This document shows, one piece after another, positions 14,445 to 25,047 of a stretch of 64,000 bases of DNA. The notes under the pieces were generated by a model that saw only the letters and a program-made list of their open reading frames with translations, had not been told where the DNA came from and searched no databases. The DNA is from Thalassobaculaceae bacterium (GTDB lineage Bacteria > Pseudomonadota > Alphaproteobacteria > Thalassobaculales > Thalassobaculaceae): assembly GCA_965228875.1 (NCBI GenBank), contig OZ245843.1, positions 248,001-312,000 on the forward strand, given 5' to 3'. Made by a program: the position numbers and the translations under genes. Within the stretch, counting starts at the first letter, position 1. Each line of letters opens with the position of its first letter.

Positions 14445-15623
14445 GTGTTCACCCGCTTCTTCACCGCGCTGCGCGACGCCAGGCTTCCGGTCTCGATCAC
14501 CGAGTATCTGACCCTGCTGCGGGCGGTGCGGGACGGCGTGGCGGGCGGCTCCGTCGACGATTTCTACTATCTCTCCCGCGCCACCCTGGTGAAGGACGAG
14601 CGCCATCTCGACCGTTTCGACCGGGTGTTCGGCCATGTCTTCCAGGGCATGGAGGCGCTGGACGAGCTGTTCGGCGCGGAGATCCCGGACGAGTGGCTGA
14701 AGAAGATGGCCGAGCTGAACCTCAGCGACGAGGAGAAGCGCGAGATCGAGGCCATGGGCGGCTGGGACAAGCTGATGGAGACCCTGCGCCAGCGCCTGGA
14801 GGAGCAGAAGGGCCGCCACCAGGGCGGCAGCAAGTGGGTCGGCACGGCCGGCACTTCGCCCTACGGCGCCTACGGCTACAATCCCGAGGGCGTGCGTATC
14901 GGTCAGGACGGCAACCGCAACTTCCGCGCGGTCAAGGTCTGGGACAAGCGCGAGTTCCGCAATCTCGACGACAGCGTGGAGATCGGCACCCGCAACCTGA
15001 AGGTCGCCCTGCGCAAGCTGCGCCGTTTCGCCCGCCAGGGCCGGCCCGACGAACTGGATCTCGACGGCACGATCCGCCAGACCGCGAAGAACGGCGGCTG
15101 GCTCGATCTGCAGATGCGGGCCGAGCGGCAGAACGTGGTCAATGTCATCCTGTTCTTCGATGTCGGCGGCTCCATGGACCCCTATGTGAAGGTCTGCGAG
15201 GAGCTGTTCTCCGCCGCGCGCAGCGAGTTCAAGCACCTGGAATTCTTCTACTTCCACAACTGCCCGTATGAGCGCCTGTGGAAGGACAACCGGCGCCGCC
15301 ATGTGGAGCGCATCGACACCGAGGAGGTGCTGCGGACGTTCGGGCCCGACTACAAGGCGGTGTTCATCGGTGATGCGTCCATGAGCCCGTACGAGATCGC
15401 CGTGGCCGGCGGCAGCGTCGAGCACATGAACCCGGAGCCGGGTGGCGCGTGGATCCGGCGCATGACCGAGCATTTCCAGCGTTCCGTCTGGCTGAACCCG
15501 GTGCAGGAGCGGTTCTGGCAGTACACCCAGTCCGTTGCCATGGTGAAGGAGCTGATGGAGGAACGGATGTTCCCGCTCACCCTCGACGGGCTCGACCGGG
15601 CGATCCGGGAAATGAACAGTTGA
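14445..15623 (+). CDS. VWA-domain protein, MoxR partner
   Basis: DVGGSMD MIDAS-like motif, GGSKWVGTAGTSPYG. Confidence 0.9.
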   Translation: MFTRFFTALRDARLPVSITEYLTLLRAVRDGVAGGSVDDFYYLSRATLVKDERHLDRFDRVFGHVFQGMEALDELFGAEIPDEWLKKMAELNLSDEEKREIEAMGGWDKLMETLRQRLEEQKGRHQGGSKWVGTAGTSPYGAYGYNPEGVRIGQDGNRNFRAVKVWDKREFRNLDDSVEIGTRNLKVALRKLRRFARQGRPDELDLDGTIRQTAKNGGWLDLQMRAERQNVVNVILFFDVGGSMDPYVKVCEELFSAARSEFKHLEFFYFHNCPYERLWKDNRRRHVERIDTEEVLRTFGPDYKAVFIGDASMSPYEIAVAGGSVEHMNPEPGGAWIRRMTEHFQRSVWLNPVQERFWQYTQSVAMVKELMEERMFPLTLDGLDRAIREMNS

Positions 15624-16486
15624 GCCTCGCCGGGGATGGGCGGCCGGACCCGCGCCTGAACGCCTATCGTACCGATCTGGCCGACGCCCGGCTCGAGGGG
15701 CAGGTCAAAGCCGCACGGTTCGTGACGGGCGAACCGGCCTGCGTCGCGACCGGCACCGCGTCGCTGCGCGAGGCGCCGGTGGAGGAAGCGCGCCAGGGCT
15801 CGGAACTGCTCTACGGCGAGGCGGTAACGGTCTTCGAGCGCAAGGGAGGCTGGGCCTGGGTGCGCAACGGGACCGACGGCTATGTCGGCTACCTGCGCGA
15901 AGACACGCTGGCCCCGGCGGAGGGGACGCCGCCGACCCATCGGGTGACGGGCCTGCGCAGCTACCTGTTCGACACCCCGGACCTGAAGACCCGGCCGCGC
16001 GCCATCCTGCACATGACCAGCCGGGTCGCGGTGACCGACCGGCACGAGGGTTGGGCCAGGGTCGCCCATGGCGGCTGGCTCTGGGCGGCGCATCTGACAC
16101 CGCTGCGCGAGGTGGAGCGCGATCCGGTGGCCGTCGCCCGCCGGTTCATGGGCGCGCCCTATGCCTGGGGCGGGCGGTCGACCACCGGGCTCGACTGCTC
16201 GGCGCTTGTGCAGTTGGCGCTCGCCGCCTGCGGGATCGACTGTCCGCGCGATAGCGACATGCAGGAGGGATCGGTCGGCGAGACGGTCGCGTCCCCGGAG
16301 CAGGCCCGTCCGGGCGACCTGCTGTACTGGCCGGGACATGTGGCGTTCCTGCTGGAGGGCGACCGCATCCTCCACGCCAACGGCCACCACATGGCGGTGG
16401 CCGAGGAGCCGCATGCCGACTTCCGGACCCGGAACATGGCGAAGATCGGCGATGTGAGGACGGTGCGGCGGATACCAACCCCCTGA
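15620..16486 (+). CDS. NlpC/P60 (C40) peptidase with SH3-like N-terminal domains
   Basis: PYAWGG..GLDCSALVQ, PRDSDMQ, GHV and ILHAN motifs; probable TTG start overlapping the VWA stop. Confidence 0.88.
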   Translation: MSLAGDGRPDPRLNAYRTDLADARLEGQVKAARFVTGEPACVATGTASLREAPVEEARQGSELLYGEAVTVFERKGGWAWVRNGTDGYVGYLREDTLAPAEGTPPTHRVTGLRSYLFDTPDLKTRPRAILHMTSRVAVTDRHEGWARVAHGGWLWAAHLTPLREVERDPVAVARRFMGAPYAWGGRSTTGLDCSALVQLALAACGIDCPRDSDMQEGSVGETVASPEQARPGDLLYWPGHVAFLLEGDRILHANGHHMAVAEEPHADFRTRNMAKIGDVRTVRRIPTP

Positions 16487-16537
16487 TTCAGTGAAGGCGT
16501 TATCCCGGTGGAGCCCGGACCTGGGCCGGGGTACGGC

Positions 16538-18583
16538 CTACGTCCCCACCCGGATGTCCAACCAGCGCCGCGGTGTGCAGGTGGCCAGGTCGCCGGCGCG
16601 CAGCAGCACCGTGGTCGTGCTCGCCTCGACGATCGCCGGACCGGCCACCTCCTGATCGGGGGCGAGGTCGTCGAAGCCGTAGATCGGCGCGTCGACCCAG
16701 CCGTCGAGATAGATCGGCCGGGCGCCGCGCGGCTCGGCGGGGGAACCGACCTCGGCCTGCGGTTCCTGCGGCGGAGCGGGGAGCTGGCCGATGGCCGCCA
16801 CCTTGGCATTGACCAGGACCGGCGCGCGGTCGGGCAGGCTGTAGGTGTAGAGCGCCTCGTGCCGGGCCTCGAACATCGCTTTCAGGCGCTCGAGCACGTC
16901 CGGCGCGTCCAGGTCCAGGTCGTCGAGCGGCACGTCGATCTCGTAGACCTGCTCGCCGTAGCGCATGTCGGCGGAGCGCGCGGTGGTCACCGCGCCGTCG
17001 AACCAGGAGGCGAGGTATTCCCGCCCCTCTTTCTCCATGCCGCGGAACAGGGCGCGCACCGCCTCGGCCTGCAGGCCCTCGGTGTCGCCGATATGGGTGC
17101 GGATGGTCTCGTAGCGCAGGTCGGTGGTCAGCATGCCCCAGGCCGACAGCACCGAGGCGACCCGCGGGACGATCACGCGCTGCAGGTCGAGCATCCGGGC
17201 GAGGCCGGTGACGTGCAGGCCGGCGGCGCCGCCGAAGCCGAACAGGGCGAAGCGCCGCGGGTCGACGCCCCGGCGGACGGTGGCGAGGCGGATGCCTTCC
17301 GCCATCTGGGTGTTCACCACCCGGTGTACCCCGGCCGCGGCCTCGATCATCGACACGCCGAGCGTTTCGCCGAGACGGGTGAGGGCGGCCTCCGCGCCCT
17401 TGCGCTCCAGTTTGTCGGCGCCGCCGAGGAAGCCAGACGGATCGAGGTAGCCCAGCACCACGTTGCTGTCGGTCACCGTCGGTTCGGTCCCACCGCGCCC
17501 GTAGCAGACCGGGCCCGGCACCGCACCGGCGCTGTGCGGACCGACCTGGAGCAGGCCGGCGCCGTCGACCCGGGCGATGGAGCCGCCGCCGGCCCCCAGG
17601 GTCACGATGTCCAGGCTCGGCAGGGCGATGCGCTCGCCGGCGATGGCGCGGTCGGAGGCCAGCGCGATCTCGCCGCTGTCCACCAGGGAGATGTCGGAGG
17701 AGGTGCCGCCCATGTCGAACGGGATCAGGTTCTCCACCCCGGTGAGTTCCGCCGCGTGGCGCGCGCCGGCGAGGCCGCCGGCCGGGCCGGACAGCACGGT
17801 GGCGACGGCGGACCGGATGGCCTCGGCGATTGGCGCCACGCCGCCATGGGAGAGCACGATCAGGGTGGCGTTCCTGTAGCCCGCCTCGTCCAGCCGGGTC
17901 TCCAGCCGGCGCAGGTAGCGCTGCAGGGCCGGGCCGACATAGCCGTTCACCACGGTGGTGGAGATCCGCTCGTACTCCTTGATCTGCGGCAGCACGTCGG
18001 CGGATACGCAGACATAGGCGTCCGGCAGGGCCGCGCGGATGACGTCGGCGGTCGCCCGCTCATGGGCGTCGTTGGCGTAGCTGTGCAGGTAGCAGACGGC
18101 GACCGACTCGACCTTCTCCGCCTTCAGGGTCTCGATGGCGGCGGCCAGCGACGCCTGGTCCAGCGGGATCTCGACCGAGCCGTCATGGCGCATGCGCTCC
18201 TTGACGCCGAGCCGCAGGTGGCGCGGCACCAGGGCCTCCTGGCGCGGCAGGCGCAGGTTGTAGCGGTCGGGCTTCAGCCCTTCGCGCATCTCCAGCACGT
18301 CGCGGTGGCCCTCGGTGGTCAGCAGGGCGAGCTTCGCCCCCTTGCGTTCCAGCAGGGCATTCGTGGCGACGGTCATGCCGTGGACGATCCGCTCTGTCTT
18401 TGCCAGCAGATCGGCGCGCGACAGGTCCAGCATGCCGGCCAGCTTCTCCAGCCCGTTAAGCAGGCCGATGGACTGGTCCTCGGGCGTCGACGGGGTCTTG
18501 GCGAAGGTGACGGTGCCGGCGTCGTCGACCGCGACGAGGTCGGTGAAGGTGCCGCCGATATCGATGCCGATGCGATAGGTCAT
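16538..18583 (-). CDS. Hydantoinase/oxoprolinase family, A subunit
   Basis: IGIDIGGTFTD, SGPAGG and DMGGTS motifs. Confidence 0.93.
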   Translation of the reverse strand: MTYRIGIDIGGTFTDLVAVDDAGTVTFAKTPSTPEDQSIGLLNGLEKLAGMLDLSRADLLAKTERIVHGMTVATNALLERKGAKLALLTTEGHRDVLEMREGLKPDRYNLRLPRQEALVPRHLRLGVKERMRHDGSVEIPLDQASLAAAIETLKAEKVESVAVCYLHSYANDAHERATADVIRAALPDAYVCVSADVLPQIKEYERISTTVVNGYVGPALQRYLRRLETRLDEAGYRNATLIVLSHGGVAPIAEAIRSAVATVLSGPAGGLAGARHAAELTGVENLIPFDMGGTSSDISLVDSGEIALASDRAIAGERIALPSLDIVTLGAGGGSIARVDGAGLLQVGPHSAGAVPGPVCYGRGGTEPTVTDSNVVLGYLDPSGFLGGADKLERKGAEAALTRLGETLGVSMIEAAAGVHRVVNTQMAEGIRLATVRRGVDPRRFALFGFGGAAGLHVTGLARMLDLQRVIVPRVASVLSAWGMLTTDLRYETIRTHIGDTEGLQAEAVRALFRGMEKEGREYLASWFDGAVTTARSADMRYGEQVYEIDVPLDDLDLDAPDVLERLKAMFEARHEALYTYSLPDRAPVLVNAKVAAIGQLPAPPQEPQAEVGSPAEPRGARPIYLDGWVDAPIYGFDDLAPDQEVAGPAIVEASTTTVLLRAGDLATCTPRRWLDIRVGT

Positions 18584-18616
18584 GGTGTCCTGAGCGCTCA
18601 TGTCAGTGTCTGCCCC

Positions 18617-20284
18617 TCAGCGCTGGGCGAGGGGAGGGAGGCCGGCGCGCGCGTCGGCGGCGCGGTCCTCGTCGGTACGACTGGCGGGGTCGCCCCACCC
18701 ACCGCCCCCGGCGGACTGCACGTGGAAGACCGAGCCGGCGGGGACCAGCAGGCCCTCGCGCTTGGTCTTCAGGACCACGGGATCCCCAGACGGCGGGTGC
18801 ATGGTGTAGAGGTGGACGGCCCCGTCCTCGCCGCCGGCCCGGCCCTTGGACGGGACCCGCGCGCCTTCGCCGGCGGTGTTCACCACGGCGTCCCTCTCGG
18901 TCTCGAGGCGCAGGCGCAGCTCGCCGCCCGCACCCCCGACATACCGGCCGTCGCCGCCGGAACCGGGACGAAACTCGTGGGTCTCGAAGAACAGCGGGAA
19001 CCGGGCCTCGGCCACTTCCACCGAGCCGAACTTCAGGCCGCCGGCGGAGTGCCACTCACCGGAGCTGTGCCAGCCGTCGCCGCCGGGCGAGGCACCGGCC
19101 CCCGGACGGGCGTGGAACATGTGCCAGATGAACGGCCGGTCGGAGCCGGGATACGTCCCCTTGATGGCGAGGCGGAAACGCTTGCCCCAGCCGGCCATGG
19201 CCCGGTCGGGACAGGCCGGCGCGATGGCGTCGACGATCGCCTCGACGATCTCCTGGCTGCAGTGCGAAGTGCAGAGCGTGACCGGCGCGCCGGGTCGGGC
19301 CCAGACCACCGTCCCCTCCTTGGCGATCACCTTGATCGGCCGCATGGAGCCCTCGTTCTTCGGAATCTCCTTGTCGAGCAGGAAGGCGATGGCCATGGCC
19401 ACGCCGGAGCGCATGTTGGCGAAGGAGGAGTTGATGAAGGAGGTGACTTGCGGCGACGATTCGGTGAGGTCGACCGTGAGGCCGCCGTCCTCAATCGTCA
19501 CCGTGGCGCGCACGACCACGTCGGTATTGCCCCGCCCGTCATCGTCCAGCGGCGCCTCGCCGCGATAGGTGCCGTCCGTCCAGGTGGCGATCACCGCGCG
19601 GGCCTGACGCTCGGAACCGTCGAGGATCTGCGAGACGGCGGCCAGCACGGTGTCGGCGCCGAACTCTCCGATCAGCGCCTGCAGTCGCCGCTCGCCCAGA
19701 TGGACGGAGCCGGTCTGCGCCGCCAGATCGCCGAGGAAGTCGCGCGGATGGCGCACGTTGATCGACAGCATGTGCAGCAGGTCCTCGCGGGTCTTGCCCT
19801 TGTCCGCCAGCCGAATCGGCGGAATGCGGATACCCTCCTGCCAGATCTCCGTCGCCGCAGCGTTGTAGGCGCCGTGGGTGGCGCCGCCGATATCGGAATG
19901 GTGGGCCCGGTTGACGGTCCAGAACACCAGCCGGTCGCCGGCGAAGACCGGCACGAAGGCGGTGACGTCGGGCAGGTGGCTGCCGCCGAAATATGGGTCG
20001 TTCAGCAGGAACACGTCGCCCGGATGCACGTCCTCGCCGAAATACTCGACCACAGCACGGGTCGCCCAGGGCATCGCGCCCACATGGACCGGAATGTGCT
20101 CCGCCTGGGCCACCAGATCGCCGTCGGCGGCGCAGATCGCCATGGAGAAGTCGCGGGACGAGTTGAGGATCTGCGAATAGGACGTGCGCAGCATGGCTTC
20201 ACCCATCTCCTCGACGATGCCGACCAGCCGGTGCTGGACGACGGAGGTGGTGATGGGATCGATCTCGCGGGAAGTGTCGGACAT
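18617..20284 (-). CDS. Hydantoinase B/oxoprolinase family
   Basis: NDPYFGGSHLPD, HHSDIGG and AGGGGWGDP motifs. Confidence 0.93.
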   Translation of the reverse strand: MSDTSREIDPITTSVVQHRLVGIVEEMGEAMLRTSYSQILNSSRDFSMAICAADGDLVAQAEHIPVHVGAMPWATRAVVEYFGEDVHPGDVFLLNDPYFGGSHLPDVTAFVPVFAGDRLVFWTVNRAHHSDIGGATHGAYNAAATEIWQEGIRIPPIRLADKGKTREDLLHMLSINVRHPRDFLGDLAAQTGSVHLGERRLQALIGEFGADTVLAAVSQILDGSERQARAVIATWTDGTYRGEAPLDDDGRGNTDVVVRATVTIEDGGLTVDLTESSPQVTSFINSSFANMRSGVAMAIAFLLDKEIPKNEGSMRPIKVIAKEGTVVWARPGAPVTLCTSHCSQEIVEAIVDAIAPACPDRAMAGWGKRFRLAIKGTYPGSDRPFIWHMFHARPGAGASPGGDGWHSSGEWHSAGGLKFGSVEVAEARFPLFFETHEFRPGSGGDGRYVGGAGGELRLRLETERDAVVNTAGEGARVPSKGRAGGEDGAVHLYTMHPPSGDPVVLKTKREGLLVPAGSVFHVQSAGGGGWGDPASRTDEDRAADARAGLPPLAQR

Positions 20285-20368
20285 CGGAGGCACCGTCTGC
20301 TGGAGAGACACCGAGCTTAGGGCCGATGTTGCGGTGCGTCATCCCGTGAAAACAGCGCGGTGGATATA

Positions 20369-20397
20369 TTGACGCATACGTAATTCATCATCAAACT
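20369..20397 (+). promoter_or_regulatory. Putative LiuR operator overlapping the promoter of the MerR-family gene
   Basis: TTGACGCATACGTAAT imperfect palindrome containing a TTGACG -35; CAAACT lies 17 bp later, 6 bp before the ATG. Confidence 0.6.
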
Positions 20398-20403
20398 CCC
20401 ACG

Positions 20404-20784
20404 ATGACCGACCGCTTCACCATGACCCAGCTCGTGCGCGAACTCGGACTCACCAGCCGGGCGATCCGGTTCTACGAGCAGCAGGGGCTGATCTTCCCTG
20501 GCCGCAGCGGCCGCTCGCGCGTTTTCTCGGGACGCGACCGCACCCGGCTCATCCTCATCCAGCGGGGGCGGCGACTCGGCTTTTCAATCGCGGAAATCCG
20601 GGAGATTCTCGATCTCTACGATCCGGCCGAGGGGGATCGCGCGCAGCTCGTCCATCTGCTCCGCAAGATCCGCGACCGCCGCGCCCAACTCGAGGCCCAG
20701 CGTCGTGACATCGAGATCATCGAGGCGGAGCTGGCCACGTTGGAGGAGACCTGCCTGGATCGCCTGGCGGAGGATGCGGCGTGA
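20404..20784 (+). CDS. liuR: MerR-family regulator, LiuR-like
   Basis: RAIRFYEQQGLI and RGRRLGFSIAEI motifs; heads the isovaleryl-CoA dehydrogenase operon. Confidence 0.8.
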   Translation: MTDRFTMTQLVRELGLTSRAIRFYEQQGLIFPGRSGRSRVFSGRDRTRLILIQRGRRLGFSIAEIREILDLYDPAEGDRAQLVHLLRKIRDRRAQLEAQRRDIEIIEAELATLEETCLDRLAEDAA

Positions 20785-21290
20785 CGCCCATTTCTAACGC
20801 GAACGTCAATTTCCGAACCGCCAATCCGGCCTTTGCCGAGCGTGTGCGGCAGTCCTTCGCCCGTCAGCCGTTCATGCATCTCATCGCTGCCGAGATGGTC
20901 GAGGTCGCGCCCGGCGCGGTGGAGATCCGGCTGCCGTTCCGGCCTGATCTGGCGCAGCAGCACGGCTTTTTTCACGGCGGCGTCGTCGGCACGCTGGCGG
21001 ACAATGCCTGCGGCTATGCCAGCTTCACGCTGGCCGACGCGGAAAGTTCGGTGCTGACGGTGGAGTACAAGCTGAACCTGATGGCGCCGGCCGCCGGCGA
21101 GACCCTGGTCGCCCGCGGCCGGGTCCTGCGGCCGGGCCGCACCCTGGTGGTGGCCCAGGCCGATGTCTTCACGCTCAGGGAAGGCGTGGAGAAACCAGTT
21201 GCCACGGCGCTGGCGACCCTGATGCTGATGGCCGGAATGGCCGACGAACCTCATGATCACAAGTCCAGCCAAACGGACGGAACCCCATGA
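20781..21290 (+). CDS. PaaI-family thioesterase
   Basis: [16 protein letters not shown] hot-dog fold motif. Confidence 0.92.
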   Translation: MTPISNANVNFRTANPAFAERVRQSFARQPFMHLIAAEMVEVAPGAVEIRLPFRPDLAQQHGFFHGGVVGTLADNACGYASFTLADAESSVLTVEYKLNLMAPAAGETLVARGRVLRPGRTLVVAQADVFTLREGVEKPVATALATLMLMAGMADEPHDHKSSQTDGTP

Positions 21291-22459
21291 TCCCCAACGA
21301 TTATCCGAGCCTGAACTTCGACCTCGGCGAGACCGCGGACATGCTGCGCGACAGCGTGCGGAGCTTCTCGGCCGACGAGATCGCCCCGCGCGCCGCCGAG
21401 ATCGACCGCGACAACACCTTCCCCCACGACCTGTGGCGCAAGATGGGCGAGGTCGGCGTGCTCGGCGTCACCGTGGGCGAGGAGTACGGCGGTGCGGGCA
21501 TGGGCTACCTGGAGCACTGCGTCGCCATGGAGGAGATCAGCCGCGCCTCGGGCTCGGTGGGGCTCAGCTACGGCGCCCATTCCAATCTCTGCGTCAACCA
21601 GATCAACCTGAACGGCACCGAGGACCAGAAGCAGCGCTACCTGCCGAAGCTAATCAGCGGCGAGTATGTCGGCGCGCTCGCCATGAGCGAGCCGGGGGCC
21701 GGCTCCGACGTGGTCTCCATGAAGCTGCGGGCGGAGAAGAAGGGCGACCGCTATGTCCTCAACGGCTCGAAGATGTGGATCACCAACGGCCCGACCGCCG
21801 ACGTGATCGTCGTCTATGCCAAGACCGATCCGGACAAGAACCAGCACGGCATCACCGCCTTCCTGGTCGACACCAAGGCCAAGGGCTTCTCGGTCGCCCA
21901 GAAGCTCGACAAGCTCGGCATGCGCGGCTCCGACACTGGCGAGCTGGTGTTCGACAATGTCGAGGTGCCGGAAGAGAATGTGCTCGGCCAGGTCGATGGC
22001 GGGGTGCGCGTGCTGATGAGTGGCCTCGATTACGAGCGCGCGGTGCTCGCCGCCGGGCCGACCGGGCTGATGCAGGCGGCGATGGACGTGGTCATTCCCT
22101 ACGTCCACGAGCGCGAGCAGTTCGGCAAGCCGATCGGCACCTTCCAGATCATGCAGGCCAAGATCGCCGACATGTACGTCATCATGAACGCGGCGAAATC
22201 CTACGTGTACACCGTCGCCAAGGCCTGCGACCGCGGCGAGGTCACCCGCAAGGACGCCGCCGGCGCGATCCTCTACGCCGCCGAGAAGGCGACCTGGATG
22301 GCGCTGGAGGCGATTCAGTGCCTCGGCGGCAACGGCTACACGATGGACTACCCGACCGGACGCATCCTGCGCGACGCCAAGCTCTACGAGATCGGCGCCG
22401 GCACCAGCGAAGTCCGCCGCATGCTGATCGGCCGGGAGCTGTTCAAAGAGACGGCATAA
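21287..22459 (+). CDS. ivd: Isovaleryl-CoA dehydrogenase
   Basis: [31 protein letters not shown] and [14 protein letters not shown] motifs. Confidence 0.96.
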   Translation: MIPNDYPSLNFDLGETADMLRDSVRSFSADEIAPRAAEIDRDNTFPHDLWRKMGEVGVLGVTVGEEYGGAGMGYLEHCVAMEEISRASGSVGLSYGAHSNLCVNQINLNGTEDQKQRYLPKLISGEYVGALAMSEPGAGSDVVSMKLRAEKKGDRYVLNGSKMWITNGPTADVIVVYAKTDPDKNQHGITAFLVDTKAKGFSVAQKLDKLGMRGSDTGELVFDNVEVPEENVLGQVDGGVRVLMSGLDYERAVLAAGPTGLMQAAMDVVIPYVHEREQFGKPIGTFQIMQAKIADMYVIMNAAKSYVYTVAKACDRGEVTRKDAAGAILYAAEKATWMALEAIQCLGGNGYTMDYPTGRILRDAKLYEIGAGTSEVRRMLIGRELFKETA

Positions 22460-22532
22460 GGGCAGCGGGAGGCTCGGAGTGTTATTGGGTGTTGATTGCA
22501 CCGCCAGGTGAGGGCAGGGTACCATTTGGCGA

Positions 22533-22547
22533 GAACATAGTGGGAAC
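22533..22547 (+). promoter_or_regulatory. LexA (SOS) box upstream of tag
   Basis: Perfect GAAC-atagtgg-GAAC ending 7 bp before the ATG. Confidence 0.8.
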
Positions 22548-22554
22548 AAACGCG

Positions 22555-23178
22555 ATGTCGGAACCTGACGCAAGTCCCTCTCGCTGCACCTGGCCCGGCG
22601 AGCACGCGGACTACATCGCCTATCACGACGACGAGTGGGGGCGGCCGGTCGGGGACGATGTCCGGCTGTTCGAGAAGATCTGCCTCGAGGGCTTCCAGTC
22701 CGGCCTGTCCTGGCTGACCATTCTGCGCAAGCGCGAGGCGTTCCGCGCCGGCTTCGCCGGGTTCGACTTCCGCCGGGTGGCGGCGTTCGGCGAGGAAGAC
22801 GTGCAGCGGCTGCTGGCCGACAAGGGCATCGTGCGCCACCAGGGCAAGATCCGCTCCACCATCAACAACGCGCGGCGCGCCGTCGACCTGGTGGAGGAGG
22901 CGGGATCGCTGGCCGCCTTCATCTGGAGCTTCGAGCCGAAGCCCGAGGACCGGCCGGACCGGTTCGACCGCGAGACCCTGAACGCGATCACCATGTCGGA
23001 CGCTTCCAAGGCCCTGTCCAAGGCGCTGAAGAAGCGCGGCTGGAGCTTCGTCGGTCCGACCACGATGTACGCCTTCATGCAGTCGGTCGGAATCGTGAAC
23101 GACCACCCGGACACCTGTGCCTTCCGCCAGGCCTGCGAGGACGACCGCGCGGCCTTCGTGCGGCCCCGCCCTTCCTGA
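22555..23178 (+). CDS. tag: DNA-3-methyladenine glycosylase I
   Basis: RC.W..YHDDEWG, LEGFQSGLSWLTILRKR, FVGPTTMYAFMQ and NDH..C motifs. Confidence 0.95.
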   Translation: MSEPDASPSRCTWPGEHADYIAYHDDEWGRPVGDDVRLFEKICLEGFQSGLSWLTILRKREAFRAGFAGFDFRRVAAFGEEDVQRLLADKGIVRHQGKIRSTINNARRAVDLVEEAGSLAAFIWSFEPKPEDRPDRFDRETLNAITMSDASKALSKALKKRGWSFVGPTTMYAFMQSVGIVNDHPDTCAFRQACEDDRAAFVRPRPS

Positions 23179-23209
23179 AGACCCGCCCTTCCTAAACCGG
23201 AGACCGACC

Positions 23210-23614
23210 ATGATCGGCAGACGCATCTATTCCGGCGCCCCGTTCGAGGAGATGGCGGGCTATGCCCGGGCGGTGATCGACCCGCCCTATGTCTTCGTCT
23301 CCGGCACCACCGGATTCGACCCGGACACGCTGGAGTTCCCCGAGGACGTGGAGGCGCAGTGCGAGAACTGCTTCCGCATCATTGAGCGGGCACTCGCCCA
23401 GGCCGGGTCGTCCCTGGAGCACCTGCTCCGGGTCCGGGTCTTCGTCGCCACCCGCGCGGAGTTCGAGCGGATCAAACCGATCGTCAAACGCCACTGCGAC
23501 GCCGCCCGACCGGCCAACACGACCGTCCTGGCGGAACTGGTCGAGCCCTACATGCGGGTCGAGGTCGAGGTCACGGCCAAGATCGATCCCACGGCGGGCG
23601 ATCTGTCGCGGTGA
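23210..23614 (+). CDS. RidA/YjgF family protein
   Basis: SGAPFEEMAGYARAV..VSGTTG..RPANT..VEVEVTA. Confidence 0.9.
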   Translation: MIGRRIYSGAPFEEMAGYARAVIDPPYVFVSGTTGFDPDTLEFPEDVEAQCENCFRIIERALAQAGSSLEHLLRVRVFVATRAEFERIKPIVKRHCDAARPANTTVLAELVEPYMRVEVEVTAKIDPTAGDLSR

Positions 23615-23699
23615 CCGCTATCGCTCCCGCGGAGCCGACCCGACTAGCCGGCGGGGCGCGCGCCTTGCTAGTGTCCGACAGGACAGGGAGCAAAACGCG

Positions 23700-24314
23700 A
23701 TGACCGATACAGCGACGACGATTCCCGCGCGCAAGGGCAAGGCGGTCCGGCTCCGGGCCGGGCAGGCCGTACGGGTGATCAACACGCCCGGAACGCAGGT
23801 GGTCGATACCTGGGCGTTCGTGGACGGCGACATGGCCGAGTTCATGTCGATGGAGCACAGCCGCGCCGCGATGAACCGGCTGACGCCGAAGACCGGCGAC
23901 ACCCTGGTCACCAACCACCGCCGGCCGATCCTCACCCTGGTGGAGGACACGTCGGGCGAGGTGCACGACACCTTCATCGCCGCCTGCGACCGCTGGCGTT
24001 ATCTGGGGCTCGGGGTCGAGGGGTATCACGACAGCTGCGAGGACAACCTGCACGCGGCCCTGGCCGAGATCGGCCTGTCGTCGGCCGAGACGCCGAGCCC
24101 GCTCAACCTGTTCATGAACATCCCCTGGGACGCCGAGGGGCGGATCGACTGGAAACCGCCGGTCAGCGCGCCGGGCAGCCACGTCGTGCTGAAGGCGGCG
24201 CTGGACTGCGTCGTCGCCTTCTCCTCCTGTCCCCAGGACATCGTGCCGATCAACGGGATCAACTGCTCGCCGCAGGACGCGCATTTCGCCGTCGTGGACG
24301 GCGCGGCGTTCTGA
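23700..24314 (+). CDS. Urea carboxylase-associated (DUF1989) protein
   Basis: GTQVVDTWAF, HDTFIAACD, PLNLFMNIP and SSCPQD motifs. Confidence 0.88.
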   Translation: MTDTATTIPARKGKAVRLRAGQAVRVINTPGTQVVDTWAFVDGDMAEFMSMEHSRAAMNRLTPKTGDTLVTNHRRPILTLVEDTSGEVHDTFIAACDRWRYLGLGVEGYHDSCEDNLHAALAEIGLSSAETPSPLNLFMNIPWDAEGRIDWKPPVSAPGSHVVLKAALDCVVAFSSCPQDIVPINGINCSPQDAHFAVVDGAAF

Positions 24315-24336
24315 GCCCGGAACCGAGGGAGACATC

Positions 24337-25017
24337 ATGCCTACCGTCCTGATCACCGGCGCCAACCGCGGCATCGGCCTCGAACTCGCCCGCCAGTACG
24401 CAGCCGACGGCTGGCGGGTCATCGCCACCTGCCGCGACCCCGGAAAGGCCGGGGACCTGAAGGAGGTCGAGGGGGATATCGACATCTATCCGCTGGACGT
24501 CGACGACACGGCGAGCCTGGATGCCCTGGTCACCAGCCTCAAGGGCCAGGACATCGACGTGCTGTTCAACAACGCCGGCATCAACGTCAACAAGGTGCCG
24601 TCGGTCGGCGACATCGACTACGACGCCTGGGCCCGGACCATGGCGACCAACGTCTTCGGGCCGATCCGGGTGGCCTGGGCGTTCCGGGACAACGTGCTCG
24701 ACTCGTCGATGAAGGTGATGGCCTTCACCAGTTCGCTGATGGCCTCGATCGAGCGCAATGGCGGCGGAAACGCCGTCTACCGGTCGTCGAAGACGGCGCT
24801 CAACATGGCGGCCCACTGCCTGTCGCTGGAGCTGGCCGACAAAGGCGTGATCGTCGCGCTGCTTCATCCGGGCCACGTGCGCACCGACATGGGCGGCCCG
24901 AGCGCGCCGGTCACCGCGGTCGAGAGTGCATCGGGCCTGCGCACGGTGATCTCCAAGCTGACGCCGGAGGACAACGGCTGCTTCCGCAACTACGACGGCA
25001 CCGACTTCCCCTGGTAG
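24337..25017 (+). CDS. SDR family oxidoreductase
   Basis: TGANRGIG, YRSSK and HPGHVRTDMGG motifs. Confidence 0.93.
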   Translation: MPTVLITGANRGIGLELARQYAADGWRVIATCRDPGKAGDLKEVEGDIDIYPLDVDDTASLDALVTSLKGQDIDVLFNNAGINVNKVPSVGDIDYDAWARTMATNVFGPIRVAWAFRDNVLDSSMKVMAFTSSLMASIERNGGGNAVYRSSKTALNMAAHCLSLELADKGVIVALLHPGHVRTDMGGPSAPVTAVESASGLRTVISKLTPEDNGCFRNYDGTDFPW

Positions 25018-25047
25018 GAAGCGGGCCCGCATCTGGGAGGACGACCC

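Noticed and set aside
21253..23178. Apparent 641-aa fusion ending in Tag
   Set aside because: The N-terminal part is an off-frame overlap of ivd; tag has its own start at 22555. The long N-extensions of cckA, the DASS permease and dctP are the same kind of artefact.
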